Positions 13,601 to 26,620 of a stretch of 64,000 nucleotides of DNA are shown here, one piece after another. Positions within the stretch are counted from its first letter, which is position 1. Every line of letters begins with the position of its first letter. Below the pieces are notes generated by a model, which saw only the letters and a list, made by a program, of their open reading frames with translations, was not told where the DNA came from and made no database searches. A program made the translations under genes and the position numbers. Source of the stretch: Chrysomallon squamiferum (taxonomy: Eukaryota > Animalia > Mollusca); assembly GCA_012295275.1 (NCBI GenBank), contig CM022671.1:36084001-36148000 (forward strand). The letters run 5' to 3'.

Positions 13601-16600
13601 ACATCAAAGTCAGAAACTGAAGGTTCGCATTTCACTTGAAACATTTGTCCTTGAAAAGGACTATAATCCACAAAAGTTGCTGATGTTTTTCCTTTTACTT
13701 GACAAGGAATACTATCAGCAGATTGTGTGTGGTCATTTAATGCCTGGTTCTTCACTTGAATAGTGCTGGACAGTACAGAAGTTTCTTTATCACAGTTCTC
13801 CAGTGTAGAGTTTTTTGCTTCTACTGCTTTGCTGAATAAAGGTTGTGAATGATGTGGTAAACTATCATCTATGTCAGTGTTGTAACTAGCACAAGGCAGT
13901 GGGTGGCTGTCCTCTGAAGCAGCAGCACTGTTAGATGAAGCAGCTGAAGCACTGTCTACGGATGAAGTGGATGACAAAGACTCTATTTTATGTGTTTTCT
14001 GACTCTTTTTTACCCTTGTACTTGTCACCAGTTTTCCAAGAACTGAAATATACACACAGTGACAACCTCAGTGCAAAACAAAAAAACAAAATACAAACTA
14101 TTTCCATGGCAATCAAACTAAGTTTATATCCTACAACAATTTAACATCAAGGTTACGACTATAAACAGTCTTCTTTAACAACTTAAAAATTAATCACCAA
14201 ATCATTTTGTTAAGTCTGAAATAAACTTTCCACTTGGTGAATGTTCTCCTAACATCTTCTGTGCTGTATGTTAGTAACAGTGAGTCTCACGCTAAAACAT
14301 CATCTCCTCATTTAAACAAAATATTTACTGTAATGACCCACTGTGACACAAGCCTGTAACAGATTGGTCATTAGAGACGTGTGTTTAGCTGTACCAATAA
14401 AACTAAACATTAAATTAGATACAATCCCACCATTCAAGTTTAGTGATGCTGTTACTAGAGATGTCTCTACCTGTCTCTCGATGTTACAGTCAGCTTCTCT
14501 GCTGTCTATAGCAGGTATAACAGGAGTTTAATTGCTTTTTTCTTCTTTTAAAAACATTCATGAAATTTTTCTTTGATATATATGTGTGTCAAAGAAACAT
14601 TTACAACAAATTTCAAGCATTTTGAGCAAATTCAAAACTAAAATGTAACAGGAAATTTAATTATAGCATTTATAAATTAAATATTTTAAATAAATATATG
14701 TAATATAAAGAAATATATAAAATAAATATAAAATATTTTTATTTTATTATTATTTTATGTACTTATAAAAAGAAATATCAAATAAAATCCAATAAAGATG
14801 TGATAAAAAGAAATGTCACATACATATATGTCAGAATATTATGAACATAGATTCATCAAAACACTAGACAGATGTATTCACTTGTTGCTATCAAATTTCA
14901 CGCATCACATATACATAATTTATCTGAACAATTATTTTTTTTAATTTTCTTCTAACGAAATATTAATAGGAAATTTTGCATCATAATTATAAGGCCATGC
15001 TTTCTGCATAGCTAAAAACATCCACAAAGTAGAACATACATTGACTTAACAACAATATATACACACACACACACTCACATATACAATTTTTATTTATTAT
15101 TTCTTAAATATAATTGATTTCTATGATTCATTTGACATTCATGTTTAAATAATAAATAAAAATGAAATGATTTTTGTGTGGTATAACAAAGAATTCTAGG
15201 CTTACCAAATTAAATAAATATGTTTGAAAATATATGAAAAAATAAAATAAAAAAATTTAAAAATAAAAAAAAATTAAAAAATAAATAAATAAATAAATAA
15301 ATAATTAAAAATATAATAAAATTAAATCAGTAAAATAAACAATCATACATAAATTATAAAATAAAATAAAATAAATCAAACATTTAAAAGATTTTAAATA
15401 AATATCACACACAGCTACAGACCTGGTTGACATGATTTACAACTGTTTGGTTCTTATGTTCAGCTTAATTCTACCAACACAACAAACAATTACAGTAGAG
15501 AAACCAGGTAAAATTCAGTTGATTCACTTTAATCAAACTGAGGAGTGGGGAAAAGTTTTGACATCTGAAGTAATTAGTCGAACCACATTTTACAACTGAC
15601 CAAGTTTAGACTGTAATCGTATAGAAAGAAAAGAAAAACTTAACTAAATCACACGTAACAAATTATATCAAAAAAACCTCCACAGAACCATCAATCACTT
15701 TCAAATATTTTAAAGTCTGTATAATGATTTCAACAGACAGCAACAAGCAGTTAGAGGTGAACAGTTTAGCTGTAATAAGATTAAAGCAAGTTAATTTGAA
15801 ATAAAACTGCCAAAATTAAACTATCGTGCTGTTAACTGTTTTAACAACTTAACAAAATTTTAACAATGAGTAAAAATGTATTTTAAGGCACTCGTATAAA
15901 AAATAAAATAAATAAAGATATTTGAAGAAACAGTTTTAAAGAAAATGTTTAACTTTTGGTGTCAAAGGAATATGAACGAAGGAAAACCTGTATGAACTGT
16001 TGTGGTAGGTGCTGCCATGTCTCTAGCTCTGAAGGAGAGATTTATCCCTCTGACCCTTGATGAAATAATTGCAACAAGTCTTCAGTGAGTGAAGAATACA
16101 AACACATGAATGTGAAGGTTATTAAACAGAGAAGTAAAGATGACAATTAACCACACAGGGAATACGACAAGGTCTTAAAACACAACAGCCAGTGCACTCT
16201 TTGTTTTGAAGTAAGACAACAGTTTGAATGAAATATTTGTTTAATTATAACATACTGATACACTAATGCATCACTGGAAAATTTGAAATGACAGAACACA
16301 CAAAAACAGATATACTAAATTATATTTCATGTGATGTGATTTTAAAAACTGTTTATGTCTGTTTTAATCGTATTTTTTGTTTCTTTCTATTTATTATTAT
16401 CACCTCTTTGTTTAGTATATCTCACCCTGATTAGCTGAGGAATACAACAACTGTACAACCATGCAGCAACACATACTAACCTGTCTGTAACACATTTCAT
16501 GCTTTTCTTTGACGGATTCTGCTTTGCCTGCTTCAGCAGTGATGCATTCAGGAAGTGTTTCATGTCCTGAGCTGTGCTCAGTGTGGCTGAGATCTTGCTA

Positions 16601-19600
16601 GTTTCACTAGGAGGTGTCACAGCCTCGCTCACTTTGTTTGTGCACTCGTCCTTAGTTCTCACAGCCTCTTTGTCAACCAGTTTCTCCAGCAGTGTCCTCA
16701 TGTCCTCGGCACTGGCAGCGTACGACTTGTCACCTTCCTCTTTACAACCACCACCACTGCCACTGTTCTCTGTTTTGGTTTTTTTAATACTGACCGTCTC
16801 CCTGTTTACCACGGTGCATTCGACACCAGTTTCCTCCATCTGCACATCACTGAACACATCGTCGCTGGCAGGCTCTTGCAGCGCTGATGTGATGCTGCTG
16901 TCCATGCTCTCCATGCTGGTCGATGTGATGGTTGCGTCCTGTTCCACGATGACATCCGACCTGATGAGGTTCTGTTCTTTCATCTTCTCTATCTCGGTCT
17001 GCAGAATGAACTGAGCAGTGAAAATGTCTCTGATTTTGCTGGGTTTGATCTGACAGAAGTCAGGAGAGGACAGCTGTTCATCACCTGCTATCTCTGGTGG
17101 TCTCGGCAGGACGTGGTATGTGTCTGAAGCCGACAGACTCCTCACTGCTAGGAAGACGTGCTGTTGCAAGTGAACCATCTGAAAGAACAAGATTCAAGGT
17201 TCTCAGGTTAGTTCACAATTGATTACATCTGAAGTAATAAATATGACTTTGAATTCAGAACTAATGGTTAAACAAATCAATTGCAGTTAAACCTATATTA
17301 CATTTAAAAACTATATGTATATATGTATGGAAAAAACACCAAAGAATAATTCTGAAGTGGGGCATTGTTATGAACAACACAGCACACATAGATAAAACTG
17401 GCTTTCATTTATAAACTTTAAAGTTATAGTCATTAAAAAAAAATAATATTAAAAAAATTAAATAAAATTGTATTGAACATTTTTATGTATGTATACAAAA
17501 GATGTTCAAATGGACTAACATGCTGGATTTGTCATCATAATGAGGTTTTTGTCACAGGCTGCTGCTGGCTGTGACCACTGTCTGTGGAACAAGGGTCGCG
17601 GCTGACACAACACAACTGGAGGCGTAGAAAACTGACAGGACACGGCTGACTGGCCAAGCGAAGATGTGAATTTGAACTGGTGTGAGAAAACATTCACTGA
17701 CGGACTGGCAAGTCCTGCACTTGCTCTAAAGTGTCCTTTAGCTGGAAGAGTCTTCCTGTCTGCTGACGGTGGGTTTGACGGAGGTGGTGGGGGCAGGGGT
17801 GGTAGAGGGGGTGGTGGTGGAGGGGGTGAACTAGGTGGTGGGGGTGAACTAGGTGGTGGGGGTGGCACTTCCGAGTGGTTGTTCCAGGATGGGGACAAGG
17901 ACGGAGAACTCACGGAGTGACCTGTCCAGCCATTTCCGAGTGGAGACAAAGTCTGCTGAGATTCGTTGTCTCTCACAACCGTGTGCGAGGCAGTGAACTT
18001 GCTGCATGACGTGTTTTCTACACACCTGATAGTCTCCCTTTCTAAAACACAACACAATGTAAAACTATACAGAAACAACAACTACCACTGTGTAAACTCT
18101 GAATTCTGTATGCAATTTATATAAAAAAAAAACATTTAAGCATGACAACTGTCATCATAAAATAAACATTAATCTGGAATCAGCTGACAATGCAGATTTC
18201 TGAAACGAGACAGAAATGTTAAATAAAAGACAACTTGAGAACTGACTGTTATTTTTTTAATAAAAACAAATTTAAAATCATCATGAGAGTCAGATGGATG
18301 TTTAAAAACAAACAAGTATGAACTAAATAATAAAACTCTAAAAAGAAAAACGAAGCAGTAAATAAAGTTAAAAGAGAAGATAAATACTAACTTGGAACAG
18401 ACAGTCGACACGACTGTTTTGATATAAAGATGCAGTGTAAAACAGTGGGATACTGATGTGGTTTGGTAAGACCTGCAACAGTTAGATAAATCATTAACAG
18501 CACACAAACATAAACTGAAAATAGCTTATTAAATACCTCCATAGCAAGTTACCATAGTTAGAAATAGAAAAAAAATGAACTGGATTTGATATGAAGTGTC
18601 ATACGCATGAAACATATTTACCAGAAATGAGTTATTATTAGTATTATTGTTATTATTATTAGTATTGTTATTATTATTATTATTAATTTTATAATTATTA
18701 TTATCACTATTATTAACATCAAAATACATTTTTACAATTTAAAAGGTTAACTGAGTAGGAGTTACCTAATGCATAGGTGAGAGAACAGTCTGGCATAATG
18801 AATAAAACTGTGTCATTATCTGGCTTCAAAACGGCCACCTGAAACAGAAACACAAATATTCTTTGCCATACAATGATAATAATTTTTGCGATTTTTTGTT
18901 TCTGTTTTTATTCACATTCTGAATGAGTGAAAACTTAACAACATCTTAAGTTAATGATTCATTTAGGCAGCTCAATGCTACTCTCACAAAATATTAAACT
19001 GGATCTTTTATTTGGATATTAAGTAGCTGAATTATTAGCAATTTTTAATAATTGATTTTTATTCCACAATTTTTTATCATTTTAAACAGCAAATATTACT
19101 TTATAAAATATATATATATATATATTTATATAAATTATAAAAAAATTTTTTTAAATGACAAAGGATTATAATTAATAAGTAAAAATGTGTACACTGTTGT
19201 TTTTGCCAAGGTATGTCATCACTTTCTGGAATGTTGGTCGACTGTCTGCAGCTGGTCGCAGCTCAGTGACGTTGAAGTAGTTGTTGTTTGCCAAAACCTC
19301 CTGAGTTCTTCTGCAGTGAGGACAGCCGAGAAAAGTATTTGTTTGTCACAGAAACCAGCGGACACTTCTGACTCACATTCAGGACACTTCCACTAAACCA
19401 ACAAATCAGAACATTTTTTTAATTTCTCCTTTCTAATTTATTAATGATTGTTTTTCTATTGATTTCTCTCTTTTAGATGATCATCAGTCATACTTTCTTT
19501 TCTTAATAATCATGCAAGAAATTAAAAATAATAATATTAAAACACCACTGTTGTGAAATAAAGTTACTATTACTTTTTTTTGTTACAAATACAAGTAACT

Positions 19601-22600
19601 AACTATACATAAAATTAAACAAGATTTCTATCATTGGCCCAATACAGTGTCTGCATCTACTTCTGCATAACGTTAATTTATTTGTCGTATTTGCTGACAG
19701 ATGTCTTCAGACGTTAACACAAGCAGAGAAGAAATACATCACGAAAAATGGTTATCTAAACCACAGATCAATTATTTGTCATCAGATATCAATATTAATA
19801 CACACAGTGAATATGTATGATATGAAGAATGGTAGATCTACAACCACAGTTCAAACTATTTGCTATCAGGTATGCACAGTGAAGACATGAAGGATGCTAG
19901 TCTACAAGACTTTGTGATGAACTCACAGTCTGACAGGTTTGAAGCGGCCTGCCATGGACACCATCTGCACCTGGCAGGTGCAAATCTGCTTCACACTCAG
20001 CTGTCCTGTCCACACAACAAACTCTTCTTCCTGGTTTTCTCGTGACGGCAACGATCTCGCAAAACCCGACCAACTCGGAACTCTGAAGTTTTAAACAATT
20101 TACAACTGAGCACGTTTGAAGCTGGGTTAGTGACAAGACAAATGAATACACAACAAAGTTTAGTTTAGATAAAAATGCACAACCTGATTTACCTGAGCAC
20201 GCTGTTTGGTTTACATTTATCTGAATTATAGACCAATTTACATTTATTTGAATGTATAGACCGATCTACATTTATTCAAATGAAGACTGATCTACTTGAA
20301 TCTGTAGGTTAATTTTGTATACATTATACTGAACAGTCTTGTTTGTGTTTATCTAAACGTGTAGAAAGGCTTGTGTCTGTAAAAACAAGTGGACCAGTTT
20401 AAACTGCTGCTGACCGGCAACTCGGACTTCCAGTATCAGGTGATTTTGAATGTCTGATGTCGTCCCTGTAGCTGAATGTCACAACCGTGGTGGGGCAGAT
20501 GTGCCGTGGCCGTTTCTCCACACTCAACTCACCATACTCATACAAGTAGATCTGAAAATAAAACTCACAGCATACTCATACAAGTAGATCTGAAAATAAA
20601 ACTCACAACATACTCATACAAGTAGATCTGAAAATAAAACTCATACAAGTAGATCTGAAAATAACTCTCAAATTATTCATGAATTATATTTAGCAAGTAC
20701 ATATTTACTTTTTAAAAGTAAACACATAATTTTTTTTTTTTTTAAATATAAACCTAAATAAATGTGTTAACAACTGAAACATTTCACTTTAATGAATCTA
20801 ACAGACTGAAAAGTTATTGAAAAATAATAAAGGTTATTTTCAGTTAACTGACCTGCGTAGACTCAAACAGATTTCTCAGCTGTAGCTGTGGGTTGGTGTC
20901 TAACGTTGACGTCTTGTAGATGTGGCAGTCACAGTTCGGAGTGGGTTCGAGAGTGCAGTTGTAATTCTCTGAAATTGTTTTTACACGACCCTTTGTCAAA
21001 AAATAAATAAAAATACATTTAAAAAGTTGCATTCCAAATACTGGGGACAACAGAACAGAACAATATTATAATTTTTTAGAAAATAAGACCAAAAAACACA
21101 AATAAATAAAAAATTTAAAAAATGAAAAATGAAGACCTGGTAAAGATAACTGAGAATTTCTAGAATACAATGCATGATAAACTGTGCCTGACATCATGTA
21201 AAAACTCAATTAAAAATGTCTTCTTTTTTTAATACTGAATTTGTTAATTCAAACTGTAAGAGCAAAATATAACTTGTTAATTATATATAAAATATTATTT
21301 TTTTATTTACAAGTAAATATTTATTACAATTTAAAATTGAACAGACAAATTGGATTTTTAACAAAATGTGCTAGAACTGCATCGATTATTGAATTATAGA
21401 TTTGTTTATTATAGATCTGTAAGTTACTTCTACTTTTCTTTTAAAATTAAAAATGCTTATCATGTATATAGGTTTCATTCATTTTTAATAATACCTACAG
21501 ATTATAACACAGACTGGCCATGACAGTAAATCAATATGCTCAGATTACGGCAAATAATGTAAACACACACACAGAGCTATGTGTTAATATGTTCATTATT
21601 TTGAAGATAATTGGATGTGCCTGTATGTAGACTGGAAGAGGTGTTGGTATTACAAAATACAGAGTATGTAATAATACCTTCATTATTTTGAAGATAATCA
21701 GATGAGCCTGTATGTAGAAAGGAAGAGGTGTTGGTCTTAGAACATCGGCATGGCGACACAGATGAACACCTGAGCGAAACAAAAGAAAAAAGAAAAATTT
21801 CAGACACTGCTGTTTAAAAATAAAATAAAATAAAAACTAAATAAATAAATAATAAAAGAAAATAATAAAAGAAAATTTAGAAAAATTGCTGTTAAATAGA
21901 ATTCAATTTGCCATTATCTGGTTTTTATGTAACAGCAGTACTTAAATAAACTATTTTATTATTCTTCCATTTAACAGTTTTTATGAACCACTATTAATTT
22001 ACATGATTTATGGTTTTGACACATTGTGAGCCTACAATCAGACATTAAAAAAGCAATAACACAAATATGTTAGCAGGTGAAATGAATCAATGAAAATTTT
22101 ACAACATCTTTACACTTTTACTAATGGCTATGTTTTAAAACTCTGGAGATTTTTTATTTCTTCTTGTCAGTTACAGATACATTCACATGAAGAATTTGAG
22201 TACAAACACATCTGAAAGTATTTCAAATACAAATACTTTTCAAATGAAAAGAACAAAAATTTGTTGCCTGTCCTTTGTTTTTCACAGCCTTGTCGACTAT
22301 GTGTCACATCAACTGATGAGTTGTGTTGATCACTCCAGAGGAACAACACAAGTTTAAATTACCTCACTGCAAGTCTCAAACATTTAATAAGTGCAGCAAG
22401 ACACTTTGAGTGAGTATATTCCCTTTTATAGGAGAAATGAGATCTGCTCATTGGATTTACTCACAAGTTATTTATTTTCTTTGATCTCTTCTAAACATTA
22501 CATGTAACTGAGGATAATCTCTCTTCAGTTGAGAAGGAAGCCATGAGAAGTGATTACATCAAAGAAATCACTAATTGCGTGTCAGAAAGATCACAGAAAG

Positions 22601-23660
22601 GAGACAATTCCTTCACAGGTCTGTCAGTGCAGTCAGTGATCTGACTGTTTTCACAAACAAAACCATGTCAGTGACAAAATGTTCAAATCGATACATGAAA
22701 TAATTTGAGTATAGTTTAGTGCATTTGAAGATGTATTTGAAAATTCAGATACTTAGTGAAAGTATTTAAATACTTTCAAATAACATGTACTTGACTCCAA
22801 GCAAGGTTAGCAACAACAAATCTTTCCTATATATCATTATATGGCTTGGGAAACAAATCTAAGGATTCACAGGTAAAGTTTGGTCAGCTACACCTCAGAT
22901 AAATGTTGAACCTACTGAGACCTGTATCTTTACAACTAATTCATTAAATGTAACAAAGCTAATTTTAAATGTAATTTTATGTAATTCTATCACCATCTAA
23001 AAGTAATGTACAGTAACAAATTTATTACCCATTCTGCCATTATTTCTCTACATTTAATTAATAATAAATGTAATATTACTATTCTACTACTGTTTCTCTG
23101 TATTTAAATAATAATAAATATAATATTACCCATTCTACCAATATTTTTCTACATTTAAATAATAATAAGTGTAATATTACTATTCTACCACTGTTTCTCT
23201 ATATTTAAATAAGATAACAAATGTAATTTTACCCATGTTTGGTTGACCCAGCACCGAAGATGACAAATTTCCAATACTGATGCCTTCTTGACAAATCTTT
23301 TGAACCTGAAAAAGATATTTTATTTTTTATACAGGTACACATCTATATCACATATAAAACAAGCCAGCAGTGTCATATTTTCAGCAAACTTACAATTTTT
23401 GTTTGGGATTTAAATTGGCCCGTTAAATTCCCATTCTGTCTTCCCAGGCTGTATAGTGAAGCAAACTGTTATTTTACTTCAAATAACAATAACCAGAGTT
23501 TACAAGTTTTGTTATTTTCAGTCATTTATACAACAGAACATAATGTTTTAAACATCACATATACATATGCATAAAATAATTATGCAATTAAATATAGACA
23601 AACTTAAACAACCATAAACACCAATTCATGTTCTTGTATACAAATAATTCAATGTCACAT

Positions 23661-23694
<34 letters not shown>

Positions 23695-25656
23695 TTTGAT
23701 GTATGTATGTATTCAAACTAACATAAAAACCTTGCAAACACACACACACAGACACAAACCTTTTCTTCAGATTCCACCATAAGAAAAGCAAAACTATCAG
23801 AAATCTCTCTGTCGCTGTATCCATTCTGTTTTAGTTCTTTTTTCTTTTCCAAGTACTGAAAATAAACTTCACATAATTACACTGTTCAGTCTGCATGGTG
23901 CAGAACTGGGCACAACGTGAAAAACCAAAACATGAAGTTACATTACTTTAATTATTTTTCACAAATATTATTAACATATGTTTATTACTACAGAGTATTT
24001 TGTTAATGTGTAAATCTTACTGAAACTGCATTTTAAAGGGCAACACCGGTCAAACATCACAAAACATCTGCCCATCTTAAAAAAAAATGTTATGCTGTTA
24101 AAACTTTTAGTTTTACTAATTCTAAAATGATGGTTTCTGCTTATCTTTCACTAAGAACTAAACTTGAACTGTTTTAAAGTTTTTTATTTGGAGATTATTA
24201 CTTATTAAATGATAAATCTGAATATTTTTCATTAATTTATTAAAAATTGATATTTCTAAAGACTGTTGTCGTACATGGCTCAAGCTAGTTTCATACGTCT
24301 CCACCGATGTAGGTGCAAGATACTTTTTGTCCTTATCTCAAGATGACTTAAGTTTAAGATAATGTGATTACATTTTATTTTATAATTAGTATAAATAAAT
24401 GATATGGATTCTACAAATATAGACATCTGACTTAACGTCTAAATCAATTTATGACCAAATTGTAGGAACGGAACCTGGTCAAACATTGACGACTATCTGT
24501 ACTATTTCAGTACTGTTATTTATTCTGAACTCTCTGGTTTTATTTTGTTATTTCTCTGGTATCACCTGGATCTATTCTAGATCTCTCTCTGCAGCTTTAG
24601 TTAAATCTCAGACTTACGGCTTGCATGAGCTGTGTGTTGTTCACCGTCCGCACACTAATAAACGAGAACTTCCTCGGCGACGTCATGTGTCTGTAACTCT
24701 TACTGATGACTGGCTTCACTTCCTGCAGAAACTCATGAGAGTCCCTAGATATCTTCCTCAACAGAGCTGAAACACAAAGCTTTCCTGTACCTAGTGTATC
24801 TGACACCTATCTGACACACAGTGTTGTCCATTCACACATATCACAGATTTATCAACATTAAATAACACCGTGCTGCAATAATATCAGTGAATCATTTATT
24901 TTGCTTTGTTATCAATGTCAAATACATCATTCATTTATACAGGCAGGGTAAATCAGTTCTGAAGTCTCAAAGCAGTCTGAACATTTTATGACATAAAATA
25001 TCATTTTGACACCATCGTATAACACTATTATTATTATTTTAAATAACAAATAAATATTATTTTTAAAATAACAAATAAACAAAAAACAGAATACTAACAC
25101 AGTTATCTAAGTGTTTATTAGACTTAGTAGCTAATATGGGAAAAACAAAATATGAGAAAGAGTGTGTATGTTTGTGTGTGTGTGTGTGTGCATGCATATT
25201 TAATATATATATGTTTATAGACTCTGCCACATAACACTTTTTTTTAAAACATTTAGTATAATTAGAATCTATTTACAAAAGTCATGATTCCAATGTCTAG
25301 ACAAGGCCAGTTATGGGTGAACAGTCATAAAATTTGGACAATCATTTCTTCTGCAGTGTCAAGTGGCAGCCATGCTTATAATGACTACAGAAAAAAGGTT
25401 GGTGGTATCCAAAGCAGGATATGAAATGAGGTCACCATGGCAACATGTTTTGTGTATACTTTATCTGTTATAGCCAGCAAAACCATTACGGGTAGGAAGT
25501 ATTTGAGATTGTGAATGTGTGGATGGGAATGTGGTACCAACTCCATCGCACATTCATGGTAGCTGACTACTCGGGCTTTGATCTTAATTGGTTATACAGT
25601 CTGGTAACTCTCTATAAATACTGGTAGCCTCACAATGAGTTTTCAAAATTAAATAA

Positions 25657-25690
<34 letters not shown>

Positions 25691-26559
25691 AAACATTTAA
25701 ATATAAAATTATTTATTTACACTTAAATATACTTTTATCATAAAAACCATTCATTTATGAAAACTACCACAAAATATATTAAGGAGTAACATACATTTAA
25801 GAAAACCACATTTGTTCATATGGTTCATATGTGAAGTATACTATGTAACAGACCAAAAAGGTTATTAAGTTATTTATATAGTATCATACATAAAAACTAT
25901 CATCTATGTAACAGATTAAAAAATATTAAGCTTTATTTATGTTGTGTCATGTATAAAATTAAAGTAATTTTGGGGGAGGGAATGTCATTTTTTCTTCATT
26001 TTCTCTTTTTTTGTGAACATCCCTATTATACAGTGCATTTCAAATAAATGGATTCTGGAACAGGCATACAACAAACAGAGTTTAATTAGAAAGATAAAAA
26101 TGGTTGCATAATTAACATGATATAATTTTGAAATATGATCTCAGCACACAGAACACATTAGAAAAACTATACTCTGTTTACATTGTGTGTGTGTGTGTGT
26201 GTGTGTGTGTGATACACACATACATAAACTCTGTGTGTAAAATATCAGTGAAACATTCGTAATTTAAAATTATCAGAAGTGCCATGCTTACACTGAAAAT
26301 AGGTCAGTGGAACTAATGAAAGTTTGATGTTTATTTTTACTGAAGATAGTATTCACATTTTGTCTACATGCATGTGAATTGGAAATCAGCCCTTTTTTAT
26401 TTTTTAACATTAAATATCATATTTCTATTACTATTAGTCATATGCTGTGAAAATCAATTGCATCAAACTTGTTTAAAACATATGAATAATTATTAATTAC
26501 AAAAATCAAAATGGAGATGGTTTTGAATCCAAAATAATGGCAAACACAATTTCCATAGC

Positions 26560-26620
<61 letters not shown>

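Noticed and set aside
11590-17920. Plus-strand ORFs at 11590-12030, 16574-17014 and 17666-17920 (also 6872-7315)
   Set aside because: Antisense to TASOR-like exons and their coding repeats.
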